Source: an uncultured Gemmatimonadaceae bacterium (GTDB lineage Bacteria; Gemmatimonadota; Gemmatimonadetes; Gemmatimonadales; Gemmatimonadaceae). Taken from it: a stretch of DNA of 64,000 nt. Below the pieces are notes generated by a model. That model ran no database searches, was not told where the DNA came from, and saw only the letters and a list, made by a program, of their open reading frames with translations. The stretch lies in NCBI GenBank assembly GCA_963790305.1, contig CAWBOC010000005.1:736001-800000 (forward strand). Direction: 5' to 3'. Below are positions 1 through 9,650 of the stretch, in pieces. A program made the translations under genes and the position numbers. The first letter of the stretch is position 1; every line of letters begins with the position of its first letter.

Positions 1-2841
1 CCGGCCGAGCTGACGCGCCTGGCGGATCCCGGGATCACGCGCCTGCTGCGATCGATCCCTGGCGTCGCCGAAGTTCAGGTCTCGGGAAACGTCGAGCGAG
101 AGCTGACGGTGCAGATCAAGCCCGAGGCGCTGCAATCGGCGGGGATTGGCGTGTCGCAGGTGGTGCAAGCGCTCCAACTGCAGAATCTGGCGGCACCGGT
201 GGGCCGGGTGACCGGTGAGCTCGAGGAGCGCTCGATCCGCCTCAAGGGCCGCCTGGAATCTCCAAGCGAGTTTGCTCAGCTGGTGGTCGCCGAGCGCAAC
301 GGTCAGCTCATCCGTCTCGGCCAGGTCGCCGACGTCTTCGATGGAGTCGAAGAGCAACGTACGGCGGCGATCTACAATGGACGTGAAGCCGTTGGGATCG
401 ACGTCAAGAAATCGAAGGGGTACAGCACGACGACCGTGGGCGATGAGATCCTCGAGCGGATAGACAGCCTCAAGGCGACGTTGCCGGCGGGAACGACGAT
501 CGACGTGGTGAAGAACAGTGGCAACGAGGTGCGCAACTCCGTGCGCAACGTGCAGGAGGCGCTCATCGAGGGCGCGTTGCTGACCGTGCTCGTCGTTTTC
601 CTGTTCCTCAATTCGTGGCGGTCGACGGTCATCACCGGCATCGCGCTGCCGATCTCGGTGCTCGCATCGTTCATCGCGGTGTGGGCGCTCGGATTCCGGC
701 TGGAGACCATGTCGCTACTGGGTCTCTCGCTGGCCATCGGTATTCTGATCGACGACGCGATCGTGGTACGCGAGAACATCGTGCGACACGTCGAGATGGG
801 GAAAGATCACTACACCGCGGCACGCGAGGGCACCGATGAGATCGGGCTCGCCGTTGCCGCGACGACGTTCTCGATCCTGGCGGTGTTCGTGCCGATCGCC
901 TTCATGCCCGGCGTCGGCGGTCAATGGTTCAAGCCGTTCGCGCTCACGATCGCCGCCTCGGTGTTCGTCTCGCTCTTCGTGTCGTTCTCGCTCGATCCGA
1001 TGCTCTCGGCGTACTGGAAGGATCCGCACAAGGAAGAGCACGAGAAGGCGTGGATCACGAAGAAGCTGGACCGCTTCAACGCCTGGTTCAATCGCCGGTC
1101 GCAGGATTACAAGCACGTGATCGCGTGGGCGCTCGACCACCGTCTCCCGGTCGTCGTGATCGCGATCGGCACGTTGTTCGGGGCTTTCGTCCTGCCGGTG
1201 AAGGGGCTCAGCGGGTTGGCGGTCGTGCTATTGGCGCTCGCGGTCGCCGTCGTGGCACTGGTGCGTTTTCGGCCCTGGTATCTGAGACTGGCGAGCATCG
1301 TGGTCGCGATCGCGATCGCGGTGGTCGGCGTGCAGGCCGTGCCCGCGGCGCGGATCGTTGGCGTCGGCTTCTTTCCCGAGGACGACAACGCCGAGCTGAA
1401 CATCAAGGTCGAGACGCCGCCGGGATCGAACCTCGAGTACACGAGGCTCAAGGCCGAAGAGGCCGCGCGTCTCGCCCGCACGCATCCGGAGGTGCGTTAC
1501 ACCTACACCACGCTCGGCGGGGGCACGTCGGGCGCGGTCAATGTCGGCAACATCTACGTCAAGATGGTGCCGAAGGCCGACCGCGACATCAGCGCCGAGA
1601 AGTTCGCGGCGATGCTGCGCGCGGAGACCCAGCGCGTGTCCGGTGCGACGCTGGCCGTCTTCGCCACCGACTGGGCGGGCGGGATGAAGCAGCTGCAGAT
1701 CGAGGTCCGCGGAACCGACCCCGTCGCGGTGAACGCAGCGGCCGAGCGGGTGCTGGCGGAGGTCAAGCAGGTTCCGAACGCGGTGGATATCAGCCTGTCG
1801 AGCAAGGGACAGAAGCCCGAGCTCAACGTCGAGCTGCACCGCGGCGTCGCCGGATCGTTAGGTATCACGGTGGGCCAGGTCGCCCAGGCCTTGCGGCCGG
1901 CATTCGCCGGGATCGACGCCGGCGACTGGGAGGATCCAGGGGGCGAGGTACGGGACGTCGTCGTTCGGCTGGCGCCGGAAGCACGCCGTCGCGCGACGGA
2001 CCTGCGGCAGCTCCCGCTCGTTGTCACGGGGCCCAACGGCGAGCCGACGACGGTGCCGCTGGGGCAGGTGGCGGCCGTCGAGCAGAGCGTCGGGCCGGCG
2101 GTCATCAATCACCTCGATCGCGACCTGGTCGTCAACGTCGAGGCGAACGTCTCCGGCCGGTCGACCGGCGAAGTCATCAACGACATCACCGCACGGATCG
2201 CGACGATTCAGCTTCCCCCAGGGGTGCGGATCACGCAGGGTGGCGACGCGCAACAGCAGGCCGAGGTGTTCGGCGATATCTTCTTCGCCCTCGGCGTCGC
2301 GTTGCTGTTGATGTATCTGATTCTCGTGATGCAGTTCGGCTCGTTCCTGGATCCGCTCGCCATCATGCTGTCGCTGCCGCTGTCGCTCATCGGCGTAATG
2401 CTGGCGCTCGCGATCTCGGGCGGGACGATCAACATCATGAGCCTCATCGGCGTCATTCTGCTGGCGGGCATCGTGGCGAAGAACGCGATTCTGCTGATCG
2501 ATTTCGCGAAGTGGGCGCGTGAGCGGCGTGGGTTGCCGTTGCGCGAGGCGCTGATCGAGGCGGGCGCGATCCGCTTGCGCCCGATTCTCATGACGACCTT
2601 CGCACTCATCGCGGGCATGATCCCGGTGGCGCTGGGCCGCGGCGAGGGAGCGCAGTTCCGCGCGCCGCTCGGAATGGCGGTGATCGGGGGCGTAATCACG
2701 TCGACGCTGCTGACCCTGATCGCGATCCCGACCTTCTACGAGATTCTCGACGAGTGGCGCCAGTCGATCGCGCGAGTGTTCGGCTTCACGCCGAAGCAAA
2801 TGACGGCGGAGATGCCGATCCCGGAGCCAGCCGGGGACTAG
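1..2841 (+). CDS. RND efflux transporter permease subunit (AcrB/AcrD/AcrF family), 5'-truncated by the window edge
   Basis: 910-aa ORF from 109, with the frame open back to base 1. RND motifs GILIDDAIVVRENI, GIVAKNAILLIDF and RLRPILMTT; many TM segments. Confidence 0.95.
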   Translation, partial: PAELTRLADPGITRLLRSIPGVAEVQVSGNVERELTVQIKPEALQSAGIGVSQVVQALQLQNLAAPVGRVTGELEERSIRLKGRLESPSEFAQLVVAERNGQLIRLGQVADVFDGVEEQRTAAIYNGREAVGIDVKKSKGYSTTTVGDEILERIDSLKATLPAGTTIDVVKNSGNEVRNSVRNVQEALIEGALLTVLVVFLFLNSWRSTVITGIALPISVLASFIAVWALGFRLETMSLLGLSLAIGILIDDAIVVRENIVRHVEMGKDHYTAAREGTDEIGLAVAATTFSILAVFVPIAFMPGVGGQWFKPFALTIAASVFVSLFVSFSLDPMLSAYWKDPHKEEHEKAWITKKLDRFNAWFNRRSQDYKHVIAWALDHRLPVVVIAIGTLFGAFVLPVKGLSGLAVVLLALAVAVVALVRFRPWYLRLASIVVAIAIAVVGVQAVPAARIVGVGFFPEDDNAELNIKVETPPGSNLEYTRLKAEEAARLARTHPEVRYTYTTLGGGTSGAVNVGNIYVKMVPKADRDISAEKFAAMLRAETQRVSGATLAVFATDWAGGMKQLQIEVRGTDPVAVNAAAERVLAEVKQVPNAVDISLSSKGQKPELNVELHRGVAGSLGITVGQVAQALRPAFAGIDAGDWEDPGGEVRDVVVRLAPEARRRATDLRQLPLVVTGPNGEPTTVPLGQVAAVEQSVGPAVINHLDRDLVVNVEANVSGRSTGEVINDITARIATIQLPPGVRITQGGDAQQQAEVFGDIFFALGVALLLMYLILVMQFGSFLDPLAIMLSLPLSLIGVMLALAISGGTINIMSLIGVILLAGIVAKNAILLIDFAKWARERRGLPLREALIEAGAIRLRPILMTTFALIAGMIPVALGRGEGAQFRAPLGMAVIGGVITSTLLTLIAIPTFYEILDEWRQSIARVFGFTPKQMTAEMPIPEPAGD

Positions 2842-2843
2842 AG

Positions 2844-2897
2844 CGAATACGGAATGCGGAATGCGGATTCAAGTGTCAGGTCCGCATTCCGCATTCG
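2844..2897. repeat. Palindrome built of GAATGCG heptamers; probable bidirectional terminator
   Basis: GAATGCGGAATGCGGA (2852-2867) is the exact reverse complement of TCCGCATTCCGCATTC (2881-2896). Lies between convergent stop codons. Confidence 0.85.
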
Positions 2898-2898
2898 T

Positions 2899-4530
2899 TC
2901 ATTGTTTCTTGAATCGCAAGTCGCGAACGCGACCGAGAAAAAGGCTCATCTCCGTCACCTTGCCGGCGTCGTCGCGTATGAAGCGGACGATGTCGCCCGT
3001 GGGCACCTCGAACACATCGCGATAGGCGGGGCGCAGCTCGAACGACACCGTCGGGCGCTGTCGCAGATGGAGCTTTCCCTCCTGCTGGGCGATGGTGAAC
3101 GTCGTCGCTGCCTCATCGCTGACGTACGTCCCGGCAAATGCTCGCAGATCGTCGGGTCCCGGCGCGTAGGCTTCGACGGGGAGGAAAAGCAGCGTGTCTC
3201 CGTCCTCCTGAAGCAGTCGCATCGCCCTCGTGCGCCCATCCGGAGCGAGCTCGAAAACGGCCTGTCCACCGTTGGCGTTGCGAAACACGGTCGCGGAGAT
3301 CGGCACCGCCTCCGTGCCACCTTCATCGACGAGCTTGCCATCTCGCACCGAGATCCGCAGCGGCTGCCCGGTGACGGCGTTGCGGTAGAGTCCTGCACGC
3401 GCGTTCAGCACGGCCGGCGCGAGCGTCACCGCGGTGGGTGCGGCGGGGTCCGTCGCCGCCGACCCGAGGTAGAGATCCGCGACCCGGTGCGCCAGCGTGG
3501 CGGCGGGCGCGCCACCGTGATTGCACAGCACGGCGATCGCGAGGCCGTGCTCGGGATATCGCGTAAGAAACGCGCGATATCCCGCCGTCGCGCCACTGTG
3601 GCTCACCTCGGCGACGCCGCGATACCTCGAGACCGAGAGCCCGGCGGCGTATTCGATCTCGCGCCCACTCGTCAGGCGGCCCGGCCGAACCTGCTCGCGC
3701 AACAGCGTCGGTCCGCCGACCTGCCCGCGGTCGAAGTTCGCGCTCCAGCGCAGGAGGTCCTCGACGGTCGTCAGCAGGCCGCCGTTACCGTGGACGTTCT
3801 CGAACGGCATGTTGAGGCGGAAGCCGTTCCGCGTCGGTGCGTAGGCCGTGGCGCGTCCTTTCACGACGCGGGTGTAGTCATCCCTCCATGAGGTGCGCGT
3901 CATGCCGAGGGGCTCGAAGATCTCGGTGCGCGTGAAGTCGGCGAAGGGGCGGCCGCTCACGCGCTGCACGATGATCGCGAGCAGGTTGTAGCCGGTGTTG
4001 CTGTAGAGGTATTCGCTGCCTGGAGGGAAGTTCAGCGAGCGCTGTCGCGTGACGATGTCGAGGACATGGTCGTGCGTGTGCACGCGAGAGCCGCGTGGCC
4101 ACCCCTCGACCGCCGCCACCGTGCCCCAGTCACGCAGCCCGCTCGTGTGATTGAGCATGTGACGAATCGTGAGCGGCGCCCCGTAGTTGGGCAGCTCCGG
4201 AATGTGCTTTCGCACCTGATCATCGACGGACAGCTTGCCCTGCTGCGCGAGCAGCAGGATGGCGGCGGCGGTGAACTGCTTCGCCACCGAGCCCGCCTCG
4301 ATGATCGATTCCGGCGTGAGTGGCACGTCATACTCCAGGTTCGACATGCCATAGGCTTTTGCCAGAACGGTCCGGCCGTGTCGCGATGCCCCGATGGCGC
4401 ATCCGGGGGTCGTGGCGGTGAATCGCGAGAAGACGCTGTCGACCCGCGCCACGGTATCCTGCCGCGGCGGGGTTTGCGCCTGCGCGACGTGACCGGTGAC
4501 GAGAAGCGTTATGAGGAGGCAAAGGCGCAT
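2899..4530 (-). CDS. Secreted serine hydrolase, beta-lactamase class C / D-aminopeptidase-like family
   Basis: Signal peptide MRLCLLITLL; SxxK (SVAK), HTSG and YxN (YSN) motifs. Start placed at ATG 4530. Confidence 0.9.
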   Translation of the reverse strand: MRLCLLITLLVTGHVAQAQTPPRQDTVARVDSVFSRFTATTPGCAIGASRHGRTVLAKAYGMSNLEYDVPLTPESIIEAGSVAKQFTAAAILLLAQQGKLSVDDQVRKHIPELPNYGAPLTIRHMLNHTSGLRDWGTVAAVEGWPRGSRVHTHDHVLDIVTRQRSLNFPPGSEYLYSNTGYNLLAIIVQRVSGRPFADFTRTEIFEPLGMTRTSWRDDYTRVVKGRATAYAPTRNGFRLNMPFENVHGNGGLLTTVEDLLRWSANFDRGQVGGPTLLREQVRPGRLTSGREIEYAAGLSVSRYRGVAEVSHSGATAGYRAFLTRYPEHGLAIAVLCNHGGAPAATLAHRVADLYLGSAATDPAAPTAVTLAPAVLNARAGLYRNAVTGQPLRISVRDGKLVDEGGTEAVPISATVFRNANGGQAVFELAPDGRTRAMRLLQEDGDTLLFLPVEAYAPGPDDLRAFAGTYVSDEAATTFTIAQQEGKLHLRQRPTVSFELRPAYRDVFEVPTGDIVRFIRDDAGKVTEMSLFLGRVRDLRFKKQ

Positions 4531-4537
4531 AACGACT

Positions 4538-5607
4538 CTACTCGATGATGACCTTGGTGATGCGGCCGGTGGGGCCGACCGCCCAGCCCGCGCGCCCGCT
4601 CCGCGAGAATCCCACGCTCCAGTACGCGAGCGTATCGAGCCGGTTCCAGGAAGTCGCGTCGTCGGTGGACCAGTCCATTCCCCCTGGCCCCACCGCAATC
4701 AGCGCCGGTGTCCGCGGGACGTACGCAACGCCATACACCGGCCCCGCCATCGCCGGACGTCCCCCCAGCGTCCACGTGCGGCCCCCGTCGCCGCTGACCG
4801 CCACCCAATCGCCGCGCTCGTTAGGTCTTCCGACGGGACCGCCCATGGCGACGCCGTGCAACGTGTCGCGGAAGGCAATCGTCGCCGCACCCGCACCCTC
4901 GCCGGCTGACAGCGGCGTCAAGAACACGCTCCAGCTTCGCCCGTAGTCGGCCGTGTAGAGAATGCGGGACTCCGAGGGTGCATTGCCGGTGGGGATCCAG
5001 GCGCGGCCGCGTGGGCCGGTGATCACGCAGGTGCCGCTGGCGGCGAATGCGCCCTCTCCAGCCCGTGCTGGTGGGAGGGCATCGTCAGGCACGCGTGTCC
5101 AGGTACGCCCGCCGTCGCTCGTCGTCAGAATGTAGAAGCGCCCGTCCACCGCATCGCTGAAGGCGAGCCCGCGACGCGAGTCCCAGAAGTCGAGGCAATC
5201 AAAGAACCCACGGGGCTCCGCGTTGCGGAACTGCAGTGTCCACGACTGACCGCCGTTGCTCGTGTGGTAGATGCGTGAGCGATCACCATCGCCGGCCGCG
5301 AGCAGCCACGCGGTGCGCTCGTCGAGCGCGTAGACGTCGCGAAACTGAAGCGAATCAGCCTCGGGGACGACCGCCGAGCGCCAACTCTCCCCCCGTCGGT
5401 TGTGATCGCATACGTGCCGCGATGCCCACTCACCCACGCCACTCGCGCGGTCGGCGCACTCACCGCCTGAAGGAGCACGGTCGTTCCGCTGCGCTGCGCG
5501 GCGAGCACGGGTGGGCTGGTTGGCGCGCGGTCGAGCTCTGGCCCCGCCGAGCGGAAGCACGCCGCGACAAGGATCAGCGCTGGAATGCGGAGCAGTGTGG
5601 TATTCAC
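4538..5607 (-). CDS. BNR/Asp-box repeat (WD40/YVTN-like) beta-propeller protein; frameshift near 5390
   Basis: Repeated T/S-x-D-G-G-x-T/S-W Asp boxes. N-terminus is in ORF 5125..5643 and C-terminus in ORF 4538..5560; the frames switch in a C homopolymer. Confidence 0.85.
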
Positions 5608-5629
5608 CGTTTGGGAGTCGGGGTTACCT

Positions 5630-6194
5630 GCATCCAGGTTCAAAGTTGGGACGCGGATTGCGCGGATTCAGCGGATGACGCTGATGGATCAGTGAACGAT
5701 TTGCAATCGGCTCGCAATAACTTGGTGATTTGCCATTGCCCGATCTGAGTATCGTCTCGCATGACGAAAATCCAACTGCTTGAGGAACGGCTCACGCGGT
5801 CCGTTATTGGCGCCTTCTACGAGGTGGACAACACTCTTGGTTTTCGGCTTTCTCGAGCACGTCTATATCATGGCTCTCGAGCGCGAGCTACTCGAACGCG
5901 GGCATCGCGTAGCGCGTGAGGTGAGTACCCATGTGACGTACAAGGGACATGTCCTCGCTGTGCAACGAATCGATATGATCGTCGATGAGCGGCTCATCGT
6001 TGAGACGAAAGCGACATTCGAGACTCCGAAGGCAGCTCACCGGCAGCTCCTCAACTATCTCCGGGCGACGAACCTCGAAGTTGGCCTCTTGCTGCATTTT
6101 GGACTGGAGGCGCAATTCCATCGAGTCATTTCTACGAACAAGCGCAGTATTCCGCATGATCCCCTGAATCAGCGTTTCGTTTAAACCTGGATGC
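5630..6194. mobile_element. Candidate mobile element: GxxExxY gene bounded by terminal inverted repeats with 9-nt periodic subterminal arms
   Basis: Left end GCATCCAGGTTCAAA followed by units ACGCGGATT/GCGCGGATT/CAGCGGATG/ACGCTGATG. Right end TTTAAACCTGGATGC matches the left-end reverse complement at 14/15. Confidence 0.7.
5761..6184 (+). CDS. GxxExxY protein (PD-(D/E)XK nuclease-like); one extra T near 5841-5844
   Basis: MTKIQLLEERLTRSVIGAFYEVDNTLG joins FGFLEHVY (the GxxExxY motif). Downstream: RIDMIVDERLIVETKA (D...ExK), QLLNYL and GLLLHFG. Confidence 0.9.
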
Positions 6195-6215
6195 CTTCGG
6201 CTGTCCGGCGGGCGA

Positions 6216-6413
6216 GCATCCAGGTTCAAAGGTGGGACGCGGATTACGCGGATCTAGCGGATCGCGCCGATTGTTCCTGGCGCATTGAGCACTCCTCTAC
6301 AGCCAAAAAAAACAAGCTCTTTGTCTCGCGCGTGGAAAGCTCTCGTCGGCAGGAGTTATTCGCGTAATCAGCTAAATCCGCGAAATCCGTGTCCCAACTT
6401 TGAACCTGGATGC
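6216..6413. mobile_element. Non-coding MITE-like element with the same termini as the GxxExxY element
   Basis: Starts GCATCCAGGTTCAAAGGTGGGACGCGGATTACGCGGAT and ends ATCCGCGAAATCCGTGTCCCAACTTTGAACCTGGATGC; relatively AT-rich core with no credible ORF. Confidence 0.75.
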
Positions 6414-6489
6414 CAGAATGCCGACCAGCTCGTTGGAAGATGATGCCGACCATACCACAGAACGTCCAGAAACAACGCGCCCGGACTAG

Positions 6490-6726
6490 CTAATCAGCGC
6501 GCGGGGGACGGGTCTGGCGGTTCACCTCAGCCTCGAGGGTGCGCGCGGCGTTTTGCGCGCGGAGGCTGGCCTCGCGGAGCCGCTCCACGGCCACCGCCAA
6601 TCGCTCGAAGGCGACGCGTGCCCGCAACAGCGAGTCGCGCGCCGACAACAGGTCGGCGACCGTTGTGCGCACGTTCGGCGCAAGGAGGGCGTCTACGTCC
6701 TCGGGACGGAGCGGCTCGGTGGGCAT
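6490..6726 (-). CDS. Small hypothetical coiled-coil protein
   Basis: 78-aa ORF downstream of the ABC operon; helical composition. Confidence 0.55.
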   Translation of the reverse strand: MPTEPLRPEDVDALLAPNVRTTVADLLSARDSLLRARVAFERLAVAVERLREASLRAQNAARTLEAEVNRQTRPPRAD

Positions 6727-6771
6727 CGAGGTCAGTGGTCGTGCAACGATCGTGCGCGAACGGGGATCGCG

Positions 6772-7860
6772 CTAGCGCCAGCGGAACAGCGCCAGGGCCG
6801 CCGTGAACCCCACCACTAGCCACGCGCCGAGGATCCCGAGCTCTCCCGCCAGCACGCCCAGCGAGGCCCCTTCCAGCAGCGTCGCGCGGAGCGCATCGGC
6901 GGCGGCCGTGAGCGGAAGCGCCTGAATGAATGGCTGCGCCGCATCCGGGAAATTGGACGCCGAGAAAAAAACGCCGGAGAAGATCCACATCGGGAGCATC
7001 ACCAGATTCATCAATCCCGACGCGCCCTCCATCGTGCGCACGCGCGATGCGACCAGGAGACCGATCGCGCTGAAGGCGAGTGCCGAGATCAACGTCACCG
7101 CGATCAGCGTCCCGGGAGACCCTCGCGCCGGAACACCGAACACCCAAATGCCGAAGCCGAGCAAGCCGCCGACCTCCAGCACCAGCATCGCGAGTCGCGC
7201 CAGAATGAACGAGGCGAGGTATTGCGAGCGCGACATCGGCGTCGCCACGAGACGCTTGAGCAGTTTCTTCCGCCGCGACTCGACGATCGTAAAGCCCACT
7301 CCCCAAATGCCGCTGCCCATCAGGTTCATCGCCAACAGTCCCGGAATCACGAAGTCAATGTATCGCGCGCCTGGCTCGCGCACGTGCCGATCCCGCACCG
7401 TCGCGACATCCTGACGTCCGCCCGCACGTTGTATCGCGTCGTCGACGAGCAGGCGGGCGTTCTGCGCGTCGGGACGCGTGTCGTCGTACCGATACTCGAC
7501 CGTTCGGCCCGCGCGTGGAACCACGAACAGGGCAATGCGCCCGGTCCGCAACGCGTGCATTCCCGCGCTATCATCGAGCGGAACGACGTCGAGCCGGGCA
7601 TCACGCGCCACGGCATCGCTGATCACGCCCGCATGCTCGTCCGACACGAGCACGCCGACCTTCACGACTTCCGGTGCGCGCTGACGAAAGGCGATCCCGA
7701 GCCCCGCCGCGAGCAAGATGGGAAAAATGAAAACCCAGAACACCGCCTCCGGCTCGCGCCAGAACTCCAGGAAGCGCACCATGACGAGCTGGGCGAGCGG
7801 ATGCTCCCGCAGCCCGCTCCGCCGCCGGACGATGGGTGTGGCCGATGCCGGTGCGCTCAT
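6772..7860 (-). CDS. ABC-2 type exporter permease
   Basis: N-terminal TM segment, periplasmic loop, then YIDFVIPG, LKRLVATP and FSGVFF motifs. Confidence 0.92.
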   Translation of the reverse strand: MSAPASATPIVRRRSGLREHPLAQLVMVRFLEFWREPEAVFWVFIFPILLAAGLGIAFRQRAPEVVKVGVLVSDEHAGVISDAVARDARLDVVPLDDSAGMHALRTGRIALFVVPRAGRTVEYRYDDTRPDAQNARLLVDDAIQRAGGRQDVATVRDRHVREPGARYIDFVIPGLLAMNLMGSGIWGVGFTIVESRRKKLLKRLVATPMSRSQYLASFILARLAMLVLEVGGLLGFGIWVFGVPARGSPGTLIAVTLISALAFSAIGLLVASRVRTMEGASGLMNLVMLPMWIFSGVFFSASNFPDAAQPFIQALPLTAAADALRATLLEGASLGVLAGELGILGAWLVVGFTAALALFRWR

Positions 7861-8789
7861 GCCCCCTCGCGCAGATGCCGGCCCGTGAGCGACACGAACA
7901 CATCCTCGAGCGTCGCGGAGTGCGTGCGGAGCTCAGCCAACGTCGCGCCCCGGCGCTCGACTTCGGCGAGGATCGCCGGGAGCGCCACGTGCAGCTCCGC
8001 CACCGTCAGCGACCAGGAGCCATTGTCACCCCGGACGCTGCGCACCCCTTCGAGGCGCGACAGCATGTCGGCGCCGAATGCTCCAGCGCCACCTAACGCG
8101 AATTCGACCACGTGGTCGGCGCCGAGTGACTGGACCAGCGCGCGCGGGGTGCCGAGGGCGATGGCTCGCCCATGATCGACGATGGCGACGCGGTCGCACA
8201 GCCGCTCCGCTTCTTCCATGTAATGAGTCGTCAGCACGATGGTGCGCCCTCCGGCGCGAAGCTCACCGATGAGCTCCCACAGCTGGCGGCGAGCCTGCGG
8301 ATCGAGCCCGGTGGTGGGCTCGTCGAGAAAGAGGAGCTGCGGGTCGCCGACGAGCGCGCACGCGAGTGCGAGCCGTTGCTTTTGTCCCCCGGAGAGCGAC
8401 CCCACCCGCGCGCGCGTTTTTTCCTCGAGCTGCACGAGCGCGATGACCTCTTCGAGCTCACGACCTCGATCGTAGAAGCTTCGAAAGAGGCGCACCGTCT
8501 CCCGGACGGTGAGCTTCTCGCCGAGCTGCGTCTCCTGAAGCTGAATGCCAAGCAGCTGACGAAGCTCGCGCTCATCCGACGACCAGCGTCGCCCCAACAC
8601 CTCGACTTCGCCCGACGTCGGCTCGAGCAGTCCCTCGCAGATCTCGATCGTCGTGGTCTTCCCCGCGCCGTTCGGCCCGAGCAGCCCAAAGCACTCGCCC
8701 GGTCGCACCTCGAGATCGAGCGCTTCCACCGCCACGACATCGCCATAGCGCTTGTGGAGCTGGCGAACGGCGAGGGCGGGCGTCGTCAA
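7857..8789 (-). CDS. ABC transporter ATP-binding protein
   Basis: Walker A GPNGAGKT, signature LSGGQ, Walker B LLFLDEPT. Confidence 0.95.
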   Translation of the reverse strand: MTTPALAVRQLHKRYGDVVAVEALDLEVRPGECFGLLGPNGAGKTTTIEICEGLLEPTSGEVEVLGRRWSSDERELRQLLGIQLQETQLGEKLTVRETVRLFRSFYDRGRELEEVIALVQLEEKTRARVGSLSGGQKQRLALACALVGDPQLLFLDEPTTGLDPQARRQLWELIGELRAGGRTIVLTTHYMEEAERLCDRVAIVDHGRAIALGTPRALVQSLGADHVVEFALGGAGAFGADMLSRLEGVRSVRGDNGSWSLTVAELHVALPAILAEVERRGATLAELRTHSATLEDVFVSLTGRHLREGA

Positions 8790-9100
8790 CGACGCACCCA
8801 GGGCCGGTGTATCACGAACGTCGGTGCCGACGTGGGCGTGGCGTGCGAGGCGGTGACGAGCCTGCGCCGCGCCAGCGCACCCAGCGCGTTCTGCACCGCG
8901 CGCTTCGAGATCCCTGTCCCCTCCGCGATCGTGCGCAGCGGGATCTCGTCGCTCCGAGAGCGTCCGGCGTTCGTGTGACGCCAGAGATACAGGTACACGA
9001 GAAAGGCCGAGGGGCGCCGGTCATGCCCGACGAGATCGGGCATCAGCGTATCGAGGACGTAGGGATCGAGTGCCAGACGGGCTATGGCACTCATTGCCAT
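8786..9100 (-). CDS. Winged helix-turn-helix DNA-binding protein
   Basis: LRTIAEGTGISKRAVQNALGAL HTH. Stop overlaps the ABC ATPase start; start is ATG 9100 or 9094. Confidence 0.75.
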   Translation of the reverse strand: MAMSAIARLALDPYVLDTLMPDLVGHDRRPSAFLVYLYLWRHTNAGRSRSDEIPLRTIAEGTGISKRAVQNALGALARRRLVTASHATPTSAPTFVIHRPWVRR

Positions 9101-9180
9101 GGCACCGCTTGCACGGCTGGACGCGCGCGGCCAGACGACCAAGATTTCCCGCGACCAATCATGCGTGCGAGGAGACCGAC

Positions 9181-9543
9181 ATGATAAAGGGTATCAAATT
9201 CGCCAGCATCCCCGTTCGCGATCAGGATCGCTCGCTTGCGTTCTGGCGCGATCACGTGGGACTGACGGTCGCGACGGACCAACCGATGGGCAAGCAGCGC
9301 TGGATCGAGCTCCGCATCCCGGGCGCCGACACGCGCCTCGTGCTCTTCACCCCCGACGGCCACGAGAATCGCATCGGCACCGACCAGAATGTGGTCTTCT
9401 GGACTGATGATGTCGAGAAGACGTGGAAGGACTTGTCAGCGAAGGGGGTGACGTTCAGCGGTCCTCCGAAGAAGGAGCGGTGGGGAACGTACGCGACCTT
9501 TCACGATCCGGACGGGAATCGCTTCGTGCTGGGGACGAAGTGA
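9181..9543 (+). CDS. VOC family (glyoxalase/bleomycin resistance) protein
   Basis: SD GAGGAG before ATG 9181; IPVRDQDRSLAFW and FHDPDGN motifs. Confidence 0.92.
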   Translation: MIKGIKFASIPVRDQDRSLAFWRDHVGLTVATDQPMGKQRWIELRIPGADTRLVLFTPDGHENRIGTDQNVVFWTDDVEKTWKDLSAKGVTFSGPPKKERWGTYATFHDPDGNRFVLGTK

Positions 9544-9544
9544 C

Positions 9545-9650
9545 AGAGGCGCTAGAGGCGCTAAAGGCGCTAGAGGCGCTGAAGACGAAAACCCTTTAGC
9601 GCCTCTAGCGCCTTTAGCGCCTCTAGCGCCTCTCGCGCCTCTCGCGCCTC
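9545..9650. repeat. Palindrome of 9-nt units (AGAGGCGCT x4, inverted TAGCGCCTC-like x6)
   Basis: Read directly from the sequence; ~15-nt spacer; lies between convergent genes. Confidence 0.92.

Noticed and set aside
2899..4530. Calling the serine hydrolase an antibiotic-resistance beta-lactamase
   Set aside because: The motifs define the broad family only; the long C-terminal extension fits peptidase/esterase members.
5730..5761. Sigma70-like promoter (TTGCCA...TATCGT) for a leaderless GxxExxY transcript
   Set aside because: The spacer is only 14 nt; not supportable without transcript data.
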